Position numbers and translations under genes: made by a program
NCBI RefSeq assembly: GCF_050589645.1
Contig: NZ_JBNGOQ010000003.1
Span: 392,277 to 456,276, forward strand
From: Eudoraea algarum
GTDB taxonomy: Bacteria > Bacteroidota > Bacteroidia > Flavobacteriales > Flavobacteriaceae
Length of the DNA stretch: 64,000 nt
Direction of reading: 5' to 3'
Part shown: one piece after another, positions 51,001-60,580 of the stretch
How the letters are laid out: every line of letters begins with the position of its first letter
Numbering within the stretch: position 1 is the first letter of the stretch
The notes under the pieces: generated by a model
Databases searched by the model: none
What the model was told of the DNA's origin: nothing
The model's input: the letters and a program-made list of their open reading frames with translations, nothing else

Positions 51001-51031
51001 GCATACACAGCCAAATACATTTTTTTTTCAT
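48011..51031 (-). CDS. susC: SusC/RagA family TonB-dependent outer-membrane receptor
   Basis: N-terminal carboxypeptidase-regulatory-like domain, plug (TonB box region), NYNLGVRGGGEKTSFFFGMDYQDTQGFI SusC signature, C-terminal ...ARLTF. Confidence 0.85.
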   Translation of the reverse strand: MKKKCIWLCMLFLFGMSMAYAQEKTVSGTVTDEGGLPLPGVNIVVKGTSTGTQTDFDGNYAIQASSGDVLVYSYLGQTTVERTVGASDVINVTMQEDAEALEEVVVIGYGNQEEKKIIQNIGIVKEEAIENLQVVSADQLLQGQSAGTQIVNASGVLGSAAVIRVRGVNSINAGSQPLIVIDGVPITDTAGNTLNRGGNTGINPLSYVNPNDIQSLTVLKDAGATSIYGSRGANGVILITTKKGRRNSAAQVTFDVSTQYSQSTDVPDILTADEFRQFKSEVATIQNGGTTVTPESLGLGAIGSGGTDWLGGVQRTGVSQNYNLGVRGGGEKTSFFFGMDYQDTQGFIIGNDQQRAGARINIDSDVQEWLKVGMNLGVTNNRLNRVSVENSINAPFTTAFLQSPVVAAFDDEGNFAQSGSFIPNIFARVALNTDELKTFRVIGNAYTEITPIEGLTWRSEFGIDRLDLEETLRNADFNTPGGSAQVVSVREERYLTNQTINYSDTYGEDHNLSVLLGLNYEETLRSRLNVSATGFLDDVLRNLGAGATATVLNGDRFPTRLFGLFSRVSYDYKGKYLVEGSIRRDGSSRFQPDVRFGYFWSAAAGWVISEEPFVQDIDFIDYLSVRASIGTVGNDRLGTFPSLGLFSIGGFGDYNGESGAVPNQPENADIKWEESETLDIGIKSTFLNGRINFNASYFKKTTSDLLLNQILPPQTGFTSISRNIGEMENKGWEFELSTVNVRSENFEWRTNFNLTTIENKVLRLNEDAATDPQGRRIIDGAIQRAIEGESLNNFYLIRYVGINSQTGDAEWLDANGNITTNPGSGDRVVTGSPLPDFSGGMTNTFKYKDFDLSVLMNYSYGNEIVIDGLRFADGNDAIGGIVNIRRQNLNIWRQPGDNAFLPSPNSSTFNLFNQRSTQQQLDGSYLRIKNITLGYNLPEKALERLGGFITGLRLYATATNLFTIKGDELDGIDPEVTDDIDPLFQGETFFTAPQAKSYSFGARLTF

Positions 51032-51066
51032 ACTTTAAGTTTTAATTAAGTTAGTCTCGTACGTCT

Positions 51067-51300
51067 TGAATTAAACTGTAAGCGTAGGCCCATAGGACTT
51101 AAAGCCAGGGAAACCTACCGTTCCCAAAAAAGTGAGAATTAAGAGTGCTGTTTCTAAATTTTGGAAGTAAGTGTCTCAGAGCTACTTTACATTTAATTAG
51201 TCATACGGCCCAAAGTAACATGCTCTTTGCCTGTTTTAAGGAAAGTCTTATAAACGTTTACTTTTCCGATGAAAGTTTACGCTTTTTTTACGCCTACCGT
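51067..51300. repeat. Copy B (degenerate) of the ~210-bp repeat family, in the susC upstream region
   Basis: Shares the ..GAGCTACTTTACATTTAATTAG..CAAAGTAACATGCTCTTTGC..TTCCGATGAAAGTTTACGC.. blocks with copies A and C. Confidence 0.55.
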
Positions 51301-51616
51301 CCATTTACTGAGAATAATTCAATGATGAGTGCAGTTAGGTCAATTTGGGTATTCGCTTCTTCCGCCTTATTCATTCATCTAAAAAAGGATATCCTCCAAA
51401 GCCATAATCCCAATTTGGTTCCAGATATTTTCAAAACGGCAAGGCGCTGAAGTAAATCCTACGGCATAAGATATTTGCGGACATCCTATTTATAGGCCGG
51501 GCACGGGGGTCGGGCACCTAATAAAAAACGAAGAGCCAAGGTCTACCGCAAACAATATCGGTTTTTTGGATAATACTAATGGTAAAGGGAAAATTGCCTG
51601 TATTGGCGGGTATTTC

Positions 51617-51824
51617 TGAATGTAAATTGCAGCCCTGAATTATATTGATGACTAATTCAATTAATTACTCTAAAAATGAGAATGAAGTATTTTTTAGGAG
51701 TAAGTTTTTCAGGGCTGCTTTACATTTAGTTAGTTATAAAACCAAAGTAATACGCTCTGGATAATATTTGGGAAGAACTTATAAACCTTTACTTTTTCCG
51801 ATAAAAGTTTACGTTGAGCTTACG
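51617..51824. repeat. Copy C of the ~210-bp repeat family; its 3' end overlaps the stop region of the AraC-type gene
   Basis: TGAATGTAAATTGCAGCCC...GGGCTGCTTTACATTTAG...TTCCGATAAAAGTTTACGTT. Confidence 0.65.
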
Positions 51825-53353
51825 CTGGTCTTTAGGCTATTTCGTAGCGTTTTTTTTTGATACTCGGTGGGTGTAAGGTCGGTATCTTTTTTAAAGGCCT
51901 TGTTGAAGGTAACTTTGTTGTTATAGCCCACTTCATAAGCGATATCAATGATATTCAGATTTTTGAGATAGTCAGTATCCAGAATTTGTTTGGCTTCATG
52001 GATCCGGTAACTATTGATCAATTCATGAAAGTTCATTTTAAAATGCTCGTTGATCACTTGGGAGGTATTGTGTCTGGTGGTATTTAACCTTTCGGCCAGG
52101 ATTTCCAGACTTATGTCGTTCTCCTTGTAAACCTTGTGCTCATCGAACAACTTCACTAAGTTCGACTTGAGTTCCTCGGACAGGCTTTCTGTTAGACCCG
52201 AATTTTTGTACTTAAAGAAAAGCTGGTCGTTAAGGGCATACAGGCCATTGAATACATTGGGCTGCACGTTTGCCGAATAGCCCACATACAATACCATTAG
52301 AGTCATACTGATAATTTGTAGATTGAGCAGGATGCCCGAGTTGATGTTGTAGTTTACAAAAAAGAAATAAAAGGCGTAGGTAAAGATGTACATAAAATGT
52401 ATCCTATAGATATTTTTTTGCCAGAGTTTGTTGTTCTTGCTCAACTCCTTGGTCTTGCTGCTTTCCAGATATAGCTTTCGGATAAAATAACCATACCCGA
52501 TCAGTGATATTAGTTTTGTGGACGAGATGATGAGCAAGTTGTAATTCCCATAGGCCTCTTCAACAGCTACATTGCCCAATATGACGTCTAGTTTATCAGG
52601 CGCGGACAAGGCATATACCGGAAGGAGATAGGTCAAAAGCAGTACGGTGGGGACAAGGTGGAGCAAGTCCTTGGGCTTAAATTGGTACTGCCGTGTTATT
52701 CGTTTATAATAGAAATACAACAAGGGCCCGAACAATAGGGCAAACGGTGAAGACATAAGATGGGTATGCGGAAACTGAAACTGATAATTGGTCGCAAAAA
52801 AGAACCAATGGAGGATAAAAATGGAATGGACCAAAATAAACCCACTGATCAACACCCGGGCCAATTTGTCGATGTTCTTGTTTAGATTAAGGACTATGGT
52901 AATGTAAAAGCCAATTAGGGCTATATATAATAGGATAAAGGACCAGACATTGATATTGGTCGTATATTTTTCCTCCAAAGTGGCGAATTCGTCCGTATGT
53001 TTTATGGAATCAAAACCCTCGTTTAGGAAAAGTGCAGTGTTGAACTCCTCAAAAAGATACTTTTCCAAAAAAACTACTGATTTCTCGGTGTTTTCGAGTC
53101 CGGCATACCCCAAGGCAATTTTTTTGTACAGCTGGGATTTTTCAATCTTCCCTTCCTCCAACAACTGAAGGTATATCTTAAGTGCTTCGGAATAATTTTG
53201 TTTTTGGTACAATTCATCGGCCCTGGTCAGCAGGTCTTGGGTAATATCATAAAAGTGCGGCAAACGACTCTCAGCGACGCTTGGGTACGACAGCGCGCTG
53301 GTTGGGAAGCTTAACAGTAAGAACAATCCGAAAACAATTCTTAAGCGTCTCAT
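51809..53353 (-). CDS. Membrane-bound AraC-type sensor regulator (signal peptide, periplasmic TPR-like region, about 7 TM helices, C-terminal AraC HTH). The ORF extends to 53530, but the likely start is 53353.
   Basis: MRRLRIVFGLFLLLSFPTSALS signal peptide; C-terminal HTH (ILAERLNTTRHNTSQVINEHF...). The terminator hairpin at 53553-53580 lies inside the longer ORF. Confidence 0.6.
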   Translation of the reverse strand: MRRLRIVFGLFLLLSFPTSALSYPSVAESRLPHFYDITQDLLTRADELYQKQNYSEALKIYLQLLEEGKIEKSQLYKKIALGYAGLENTEKSVVFLEKYLFEEFNTALFLNEGFDSIKHTDEFATLEEKYTTNINVWSFILLYIALIGFYITIVLNLNKNIDKLARVLISGFILVHSIFILHWFFFATNYQFQFPHTHLMSSPFALLFGPLLYFYYKRITRQYQFKPKDLLHLVPTVLLLTYLLPVYALSAPDKLDVILGNVAVEEAYGNYNLLIISSTKLISLIGYGYFIRKLYLESSKTKELSKNNKLWQKNIYRIHFMYIFTYAFYFFFVNYNINSGILLNLQIISMTLMVLYVGYSANVQPNVFNGLYALNDQLFFKYKNSGLTESLSEELKSNLVKLFDEHKVYKENDISLEILAERLNTTRHNTSQVINEHFKMNFHELINSYRIHEAKQILDTDYLKNLNIIDIAYEVGYNNKVTFNKAFKKDTDLTPTEYQKKTLRNSLKTSVSST

Positions 53354-53552
53354 GGTTGATTGATGAATTAGCAAGTAAAAGTTAGGAATTAAAAAAAGTC
53401 CAAATCTTAAAGTTTTCATAAAAACAGTAAACCCCGATAATAGTTTACTTGATGAGAAAGTCCCGCTATGCTTGGTAAAATGGCGTTTTGGGGACCGAGA
53501 CGGAGAGAAATGGCAGAAAGCTTTCTCCAAATCTTAAGACGTTATAACAAAA

Positions 53553-53580
53553 AAACCGGTGTGAACACCGGTTTTAGACT
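53553..53580 (-). terminator. Rho-independent terminator (AACCGGTGT/ACACCGGTT hairpin plus a T run on the minus strand) downstream of the PfkB kinase gene
   Basis: Seen in the sequence. Confidence 0.5.
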
Positions 53581-53795
53581 AACTAACTCAAAAAATTACT
53601 AACTCAAAAATTCGGTACAAAGATTTGAAGTCCCTTTTAAAAGGGCTAACGAAACATTGGCAATCTGTAATGTTTGTTTTGTAACACAACGCGGGAGTTT
53701 TGTTTTTATTGTGTTTTAACAGGAATAATAGTATTAAAAAAAATGCTGATAGGGCAAGGGATATTAAGGAAAAGCGCGGGCCAAGGCTTTGTAAA

Positions 53796-54788
53796 TCAGT
53801 AGTATTTTGCCATCAGCAGCTCTGTTTCTTCCTTATTTTTGAAAACGTCGAAGGTTTTGCCCTGTGTCCGAAGGGCACCCAGGGCATTGGCATATTGCGC
53901 CGCTTTAATAGGGTCGCCAAATTGGGTGAAACCGTAGGCAAGGCCCCCTGCAAACGAATCTCCGCATCCAGTGGTATCCACCACATCTTTCATGAAAATG
54001 GACTTGACAAATTCCTTATGGATTCCGTTCTTCCCCTTATAGTACAGAACGCAACCTCTGGAATCCAAGGTAACATAGAAATGGGAGACCCCCAGTTGTA
54101 GGACATGGGCCGCCATGGCGTCCAGATGGTCGGTTTTTTCCTCATCGTAATGCATCATTTCATCCGCTTCATACTCATTTTTAAACCAACATACCTGGGA
54201 TTCTTCCAAATTCATTTTTAGGACGTCTATATAAGGTAACCATTCATCCATATCTACCCAAAACTTGCGGTATCGATCCCCTTGCATACTCATGGTGGTC
54301 GTTGGTCCATGGGCATCAAAAATAACAAGTCCCTTTTGTTCTTTTTTGATGTGGACCAAGGTGCTCAGGGAGATTTCAAAATCGGTAATCGGAACAAAGA
54401 CGTATGCATCCATATCGCCCAGCGAAGCTACGTCCCCCGGAAGTATGGGGCGCATACAGGCAGTCTGTTTCTCTATCCGGTTGTTCTGGTCCACGAACCT
54501 AAGTTCAATTACCGTACCCCGGTCGTCCTTTGAGGAAATACCTTGGGTATCTATATTGGTATATGGGGCAAAAAGATCCAATATGCCTTCTTGGTCCCTT
54601 TGGTGCACAGTGGATACGGGCAGCACGGTGCCCTTTGCTCCTAAAAGCTTGGATAGGGCGATTACCGGATGTGTAACACATCCGTATTTTTTGATCACCT
54701 CTTTGTTAACGGTGTAGATGGTGTCCCTAGGTATTGGCCCTAAAACTGCAATTTTTGTCATAATAATAGCATCAGTCCTGCAATGCAA
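53796..54788 (-). CDS. PfkB-family carbohydrate kinase
   Basis: DTTGCGDSFAGGLAYG (PfkB signature 2). Confidence 0.7.
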   Translation of the reverse strand: MHCRTDAIIMTKIAVLGPIPRDTIYTVNKEVIKKYGCVTHPVIALSKLLGAKGTVLPVSTVHQRDQEGILDLFAPYTNIDTQGISSKDDRGTVIELRFVDQNNRIEKQTACMRPILPGDVASLGDMDAYVFVPITDFEISLSTLVHIKKEQKGLVIFDAHGPTTTMSMQGDRYRKFWVDMDEWLPYIDVLKMNLEESQVCWFKNEYEADEMMHYDEEKTDHLDAMAAHVLQLGVSHFYVTLDSRGCVLYYKGKNGIHKEFVKSIFMKDVVDTTGCGDSFAGGLAYGFTQFGDPIKAAQYANALGALRTQGKTFDVFKNKEETELLMAKYY

Positions 54789-55515
54789 AAACCTTTTTTA
54801 GGATGTCCGTTGTTCTGGACGAGATTTTGGTTCTAATTTCCTTTTCCTCTATCGCAATCATAGTATATACCCCATTCAAAGCCTCTTGGGTAACGTAGTC
54901 CGTTAGGTCAGGGTTCACATCAGTGGTTAGTGGTAGGCTATTGTATTTCTGAATTAAATTGTTCCATATGTCATTGGCTCCGACTTTTTCAAAGGAATTT
55001 TTTATGACCGGATTGAATTTGGTGTAGAGCTGCTGTTCGGTGGTGCTGGTAAGGTATTGGGTAGCGGCATTGTCCGCTCCCAAAAGAATGTTTTTGGCAT
55101 CGGCAAAGGTAATGCCCTTCACCGCGGCTACAAAAATAGGAGTGGCCTCGGCCACGGCATCCTCGGCAGCCCTGTTCATAATCCGTAGGCCCTCATCCGC
55201 CAATTTGCCCAATCCAATATCCCTTAAGGTCTTGTCCACTTTTTTTAGTTCGGCCGGAAGCAGGATTTTAACCAGTTCGTTCTTGAAAAAGCCATCCTTT
55301 TGGGTGAGCTTGCTCACTTGTTTGTCTATCCCCTGGTTCAGGGCTTCCTTAAGTCCCTGGGCTATTTCGGCGTTTCCTACACCCCCCTGGGGAAGTTGAT
55401 TCACAACCTGCTGCAGCTCGGCACAGGAAATCAATTGAAAAATCACTAAAAAAAGAATTATTTTTCTTCCCATGCCTTGTAGATCATATATTCTAAAATA
55501 CGTATTAATTAGCAA
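54772..55515 (-). CDS. Secreted lipoprotein, DUF4197-like
   Basis: Lipobox LISCAE; helical repeat protein of about 240 aa. Confidence 0.35.
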   Translation of the reverse strand: MLINTYFRIYDLQGMGRKIILFLVIFQLISCAELQQVVNQLPQGGVGNAEIAQGLKEALNQGIDKQVSKLTQKDGFFKNELVKILLPAELKKVDKTLRDIGLGKLADEGLRIMNRAAEDAVAEATPIFVAAVKGITFADAKNILLGADNAATQYLTSTTEQQLYTKFNPVIKNSFEKVGANDIWNNLIQKYNSLPLTTDVNPDLTDYVTQEALNGVYTMIAIEEKEIRTKISSRTTDILKKVFALQD

Positions 55516-55557
55516 ATTTCCGGTATATTTTTTACCATGGCGTTTTTTTAAGCCCGA

Positions 55558-56409
55558 CTATGAAAAAATGACCGTCTTGTTGTTGTACACCATGGTCTTG
55601 CGATTTAGGTGCAGTTTTACGGCACGCGAAAGGACAATCTTTTCAAGATCCCTGCCCTTGGCGATAAAATCTGCGATGCTATGCGAATGTGATACCGTGG
55701 TAACGTCCTGCTCAATAATGGGTCCGGCATCGAGTTCCTCGGTCACATAATGGCTTGTGGCCCCAATGATCTTCACCCCTCTTTTAAAAGCGGCGTGGTA
55801 TGGTTTTGCTCCTGCAAATGCAGGCAAAAAGGAATGGTGTATGTTTATGATCTTAGCCGGGTATCTATCAATAATTTTCGAGCTAACAATTTGCATATAA
55901 CGCGCCAGAACAATGAAATCAATTTCATGTGCTTCCAATAGTTTTAGCTGCTTTTCCTCAGCCGAAGCCTTGTTCCCGGCGGTAACCGGAATATGAAAAA
56001 AGGGAATGTTGAACTGTTTGGCGATATAATCCAGGTCATTGTGATTGCTCAGGATAAAGGGGATTTCCACGTCCAGCTCTCCGGAATGGAACCTACTTAA
56101 CAGATCGTACAGGCAGTGGTTGTACTTGGATACGAACAAACCCATTTTTGGCTTCACCCCTCTTTGGTACATTTTCCATTCCATTCCATAGGCCTTTGCA
56201 ATGGTCTGTTGAAATGTGGTTCTAAAACCTTGGAAGAATGCCTGGTCCTTTTCAAAATCGCTTTCCAATCGCATAAAGAACACCCCCGCCTCGGTATCCA
56301 CATGTTGGTCCAGGTAAATAATATTGCCGCCTTGGGAATGCAAAAACCCCGTTACGCTACTAATTATTCCAGCTTGATCGGGACAGTGGATAAGAATGGT
56401 AATTCTCAA
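55558..56409 (-). CDS. purU: Formyltetrahydrofolate deformylase
   Basis: N-terminal ACT domain plus formyltransferase domain (HNDLDYIAK...INIHHSFLPAFAGAKPY). Confidence 0.8.
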   Translation of the reverse strand: MRITILIHCPDQAGIISSVTGFLHSQGGNIIYLDQHVDTEAGVFFMRLESDFEKDQAFFQGFRTTFQQTIAKAYGMEWKMYQRGVKPKMGLFVSKYNHCLYDLLSRFHSGELDVEIPFILSNHNDLDYIAKQFNIPFFHIPVTAGNKASAEEKQLKLLEAHEIDFIVLARYMQIVSSKIIDRYPAKIINIHHSFLPAFAGAKPYHAAFKRGVKIIGATSHYVTEELDAGPIIEQDVTTVSHSHSIADFIAKGRDLEKIVLSRAVKLHLNRKTMVYNNKTVIFS

Positions 56410-56554
56410 AATGCTCGTTGTTTAGAGGTATAAAATTAGGATATTAAGAACCAAGAGGTATATATGGGCTTTATTTTTACAAAATTCGAATAAGAACGTA
56501 ATTTTTTTTGCATTTTCCGTAAATTGCAAGCTGAAAATAGTCGCTTTATTATAA

Positions 56555-59500
56555 ATGGAACAAACCAGACCTTATCAGCCCCAGCACAAAGTTAGAATTG
56601 TTACGGCAGCATCACTGTTCGACGGTCATGACGCAGCAATCAATATTATGAGACGGATCATTCAGTCAACAGGGGTGGAAGTAATCCATTTGGGGCATGA
56701 CCGTAGCGTGACAGAGGTAGTGGATTGTGCCATACAGGAAGATGCCAATGCCATTGCCTTGACCTCCTATCAGGGTGGCCACAATGAATATTTCAGATAT
56801 ATGTTCGACCTGCTCCAAGAGCGAGGTGCAGGACATATTAAAATTTTTGGAGGGGGCGGTGGTGTTATTCTGCCCAATGAGATAGCAGCATTAATGGATC
56901 ATGGGATTACCCGGATATATTCGCCAGATGATGGAAGAACGATGGGACTTCAAGGCATGATCAACGATTTGGTGGCCCAGAGCGATTTTCCCATACCCGC
57001 ATTGCCATCGATCCATGGGAAAGACCTTACAAGTGCTTTGAGAAATAAAGATGTCAACGTCCTTGCCCGGCTGATATCGCTTGCCGAGAACCGGCCAAAG
57101 GATTTTGAAAAAAACTTCGGACCGGTAAAAAAATCGAATAAAAAAGTTCCCGTTTTGGGCATTACAGGTACCGGTGGGGCTGGAAAATCGAGTTTGGTGG
57201 ACGAGTTGGTGCGACGCTTTTTGATCGATTTTCCGGACAAGACCATAGCGTTGGTCTCTGTTGACCCGTCCAAGCGAAAAACAGGTGGTGCCCTGCTCGG
57301 AGATCGTATTCGAATGAATGCGATAAATGACAAAAGGGTGTACATGCGGTCACTGGCCACACGGCAGTCCAATTTGGCCTTGTCCAAATATGTAAACGAG
57401 GCCATAGAGGTGCTGAAGGCGGCGGAATTTGATCTTATAATTTTGGAAACCTCCGGTATTGGCCAATCAGATACCGAGATTATAGAACACAGTGATGTTT
57501 CCCTTTATGTAATGACGCCAGAATTTGGTGCCGCCACCCAATTGGAAAAAATTGATATGCTCGATTTTGCAGATTTGGTCGCAATCAACAAATTCGATAA
57601 AAGAGGCGCATTGGATGCGTTGCGCGATGTCAAGAAACAATATGTGCGAAATCATGCACTTTGGGATGTGGACCAGGAACAATTGCCCATTTTTGGTACC
57701 ATGGCCTCACAGTTCAACGACCCGGGGATGAACCGTCTGTACAGGGCGGTCATGGACAAGTTGGTGGAAAGGACGGGAACAACGCTCAAATCGGATTTTG
57801 AGGTCACCAACGAAATGACGGACAAGGTTTATGTTATTCCTCCGGCCAGAACCAGATATCTGTCCGAAATATCGGAAAGCAATCGTGCATACGATGCCAA
57901 GGTGGTTTTGCAAAAAAATACCGCACAACGATTGTACGGTATTTACCAAACCATTTTATCTGTACTGAATGCCGCTTCGACCGATACCGGGAAGCTAATC
58001 CTATCGGATGCCGGGATTCATGAAAAAGAGATATTAAAACGCGGTTCAAGCGAGAAGGACAAAGGCTTTTTGGGCTTGTTGATCCAAGAATTCAATCGCG
58101 TAAAAAAGGACTTGGACCCCCATAATTGGGAAATGCTGATGCACTGGGAAGCTAAGATAAAACGCTACAGGGATCCCGTATATTCCTTTAAGGTGCGGGA
58201 GAAGGAAATTCAGATCAACACACATACCGAATCCCTATCCCACCTGCAAATCCCCAAGGTGGTGCTGCCCAAGTATACGGCCTGGGGCGATGTATTGGGC
58301 TGGAGCTTACAAGAAAATGTTCCTGGAACCTTTCCTTATACAGCTGGGCTCTATCCCTTTAAAAGGACAGGGGAAGACCCAACGCGGATGTTCGCCGGTG
58401 AGGGTGGCCCCGAACGTACCAACAGACGTTTTCATTACGTTAGCCTGGGGATGCCTGCCAAACGCCTGTCTACGGCCTTCGATTCTGTGACCTTATATGG
58501 GAACGATCCGGACCACAGACCTGATATTTATGGAAAGATCGGCAATGCCGGTGTATCCATTTGCTGTTTGGATGATGCTAAAAAATTGTATTCCGGTTTT
58601 GACCTAAGTGATCCCATGACCTCGGTAAGCATGACCATTAATGGTCCGGCGCCCATGCTTTTAGGGTTTTTTATGAACGCCGCCATCGATCAAAACTGTG
58701 AGAAATATATCAAGGAGCACGGCTTGGAGGACGAGATAACGGCCAAAATTGAGAAACACTTTAAGAAGAAGGGCATGTCCCGGCCGCAGTACCTTGGGCA
58801 ATTGCCCGAGGGAAACAATGGCCTGGGATTGCTGTTGTTGGGGGTAAGTGGGGATTTGGTATTGCCCAAATCGGTATACCAGAAGATTAAGGCAAGCACC
58901 TTAAGTCAAGTAAGGGGCACGGTACAGGCAGATATACTCAAGGAAGACCAGGCTCAAAATACCTGTATTTTCTCGACCGAGTTTGCCCTAAGGCTTATGG
59001 GAGACGTACAGGACTATTTTATAGCTCATGAAATCCGCAATTTTTATTCGGTCTCCATTTCGGGCTATCACATTGCTGAAGCGGGGGCAAACCCGATTAC
59101 CCAATTGGCTTTTACGCTTTCCAACGGCTTTACCTATGTTGAGTATTACTTGAGTAGGGGCATGGATATCAATAGCTTTGGCCCCAATCTGTCCTTTTTC
59201 TTTTCCAATGGCATTGATCCCGAATATGCGGTAATTGGAAGGGTTGCCCGTAGAATCTGGGCCAAGGCCATGAGGGATAAATACGGCGCCAATTCTAGGG
59301 CGCAGATGTTAAAATACCACATACAGACCTCTGGCCGAAGTCTGCATGCCCAGGAAATTGATTTTAACGATATCCGTACTACTTTGCAGGCCCTATATGC
59401 CATTTATGATAACTGCAATTCCCTGCATACCAATGCGTATGACGAGGCCATAACCACACCTACCGAGGAATCGGTGCGCCGCGCCATGGCCATACAATTG

Positions 59501-60013
59501 ATCATCAACAAGGAATTGGGATTGGCTAAGAACGAGAATCCTCTGCAGGGCTCCTTTATTATAGAAGAGCTTACAGATTTGGTAGAGGAGGCAGTGTTGA
59601 TGGAATTTGATCGTCTTACAGAACGCGGTGGCGTATTGGGCGCCATGGAAACCATGTACCAACGTTCGAAAATTCAGGAGGAAAGTTTGCACTATGAGAC
59701 CCTAAAACATACGGGGGAGTATCCCATTATCGGGGTAAACACCTTTTTAAGTTCTAAGGGATCACCCACAATCTTACCCGCCGAGGTCATACGGGCCACC
59801 GAAACCGAAAAGGAAGCACAGATCACTACCCTGAACAACTTACAGCAGCGCAATTCTGGGGAAGCACAAACCCAGCTCAAAGAACTTCAGGAGGTAGCCA
59901 TTACTCATGGCAATGTGTTTGAAAAACTGATGGAGGTAACTAAAGTTTGCTCGCTAGGGCAGATAACCCAGGCCCTTTTTCAGGTAGGCGGACAATATAG
60001 AAGAAATATGTAA
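56555..60013 (+). CDS. icmF: Fused isobutyryl-CoA mutase (IcmF: B12-binding domain, MeaB-like GTPase, mutase substrate domain)
   Basis: 1152 aa; B12-binding N-terminus, P-loop [12 protein letters not shown] plus MeaB-like region, C-terminal acyl-CoA mutase barrel. Confidence 0.8.
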   Translation: MEQTRPYQPQHKVRIVTAASLFDGHDAAINIMRRIIQSTGVEVIHLGHDRSVTEVVDCAIQEDANAIALTSYQGGHNEYFRYMFDLLQERGAGHIKIFGGGGGVILPNEIAALMDHGITRIYSPDDGRTMGLQGMINDLVAQSDFPIPALPSIHGKDLTSALRNKDVNVLARLISLAENRPKDFEKNFGPVKKSNKKVPVLGITGTGGAGKSSLVDELVRRFLIDFPDKTIALVSVDPSKRKTGGALLGDRIRMNAINDKRVYMRSLATRQSNLALSKYVNEAIEVLKAAEFDLIILETSGIGQSDTEIIEHSDVSLYVMTPEFGAATQLEKIDMLDFADLVAINKFDKRGALDALRDVKKQYVRNHALWDVDQEQLPIFGTMASQFNDPGMNRLYRAVMDKLVERTGTTLKSDFEVTNEMTDKVYVIPPARTRYLSEISESNRAYDAKVVLQKNTAQRLYGIYQTILSVLNAASTDTGKLILSDAGIHEKEILKRGSSEKDKGFLGLLIQEFNRVKKDLDPHNWEMLMHWEAKIKRYRDPVYSFKVREKEIQINTHTESLSHLQIPKVVLPKYTAWGDVLGWSLQENVPGTFPYTAGLYPFKRTGEDPTRMFAGEGGPERTNRRFHYVSLGMPAKRLSTAFDSVTLYGNDPDHRPDIYGKIGNAGVSICCLDDAKKLYSGFDLSDPMTSVSMTINGPAPMLLGFFMNAAIDQNCEKYIKEHGLEDEITAKIEKHFKKKGMSRPQYLGQLPEGNNGLGLLLLGVSGDLVLPKSVYQKIKASTLSQVRGTVQADILKEDQAQNTCIFSTEFALRLMGDVQDYFIAHEIRNFYSVSISGYHIAEAGANPITQLAFTLSNGFTYVEYYLSRGMDINSFGPNLSFFFSNGIDPEYAVIGRVARRIWAKAMRDKYGANSRAQMLKYHIQTSGRSLHAQEIDFNDIRTTLQALYAIYDNCNSLHTNAYDEAITTPTEESVRRAMAIQLIINKELGLAKNENPLQGSFIIEELTDLVEEAVLMEFDRLTERGGVLGAMETMYQRSKIQEESLHYETLKHTGEYPIIGVNTFLSSKGSPTILPAEVIRATETEKEAQITTLNNLQQRNSGEAQTQLKELQEVAITHGNVFEKLMEVTKVCSLGQITQALFQVGGQYRRNM

Positions 60014-60024
60014 ACGGCGATATT

Positions 60025-60459
60025 TTAGAAACCGTAAGAATCGTTAAGACCAAAAGTAGTATCGTTGCCACCGCGCAGGGATCGTCTCCAAGCCTTAAAG
60101 GATTTCCGAAAACTCTTGATTTCGGTCCTAAGTAAATTCAGGTATTCCTTTTCCTTTACACCATCCTTTTCCAAACCATTGCAATAAGACAGAATGTTGC
60201 GTGTCATGATATTGATAAACTTGGCACTCTTCATCCTTACGGAAAGTGATTCGGAATGTTCTGCCTGGGCGATCTTTTGAGGAATCAATATCGCATCGGT
60301 AATCAAGGAATCTGCTATGATGTCCCTATGGCTGTTCGATTGATAAAGTTTTAGCAAGTCTTTGTTGTGGGAAACATAGGCTGCAATTTCCCTACTCATT
60401 CTGCAGAGATCAAGCGCCTTCCTGTACACAGGTACCGTTCTTAGATTTTTATTGGGCAT
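60025..60459 (-). CDS. Hypothetical protein
   Basis: ORF only, convergent with icmF. Confidence 0.3.
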   Translation of the reverse strand: MPNKNLRTVPVYRKALDLCRMSREIAAYVSHNKDLLKLYQSNSHRDIIADSLITDAILIPQKIAQAEHSESLSVRMKSAKFINIMTRNILSYCNGLEKDGVKEKEYLNLLRTEIKSFRKSFKAWRRSLRGGNDTTFGLNDSYGF

Positions 60460-60580
60460 TTTTTTTGTAATAGCAACTTTCGTCCTATAAAGTTACGGTC
60501 AAATTGGGAATTTTAACTTTAGAATCCATAGCAATTTTGTAATTTGGCTTTTAAAAGCAAATTATTTAAACGACATTGTT

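Noticed and set aside
45725-51038. Large antisense or overlapping ORFs inside the GC-rich cassette (45725..46486 +, 45777..46454 -, 46716..47561 +, 48683..49498 +, 49502..50077 + and others)
   Set aside because: Stop-codon depletion at ~60% GC. Only the frames with a signal peptide and SusC/SusD features are credible, and low-complexity R/G/P-rich translations are typical of spurious high-GC ORFs.
56410-56554. Cobalamin riboswitch upstream of icmF
   Set aside because: No B12-box (GCCACTG-like) or characteristic conserved stems are visible in the 145-nt leader.
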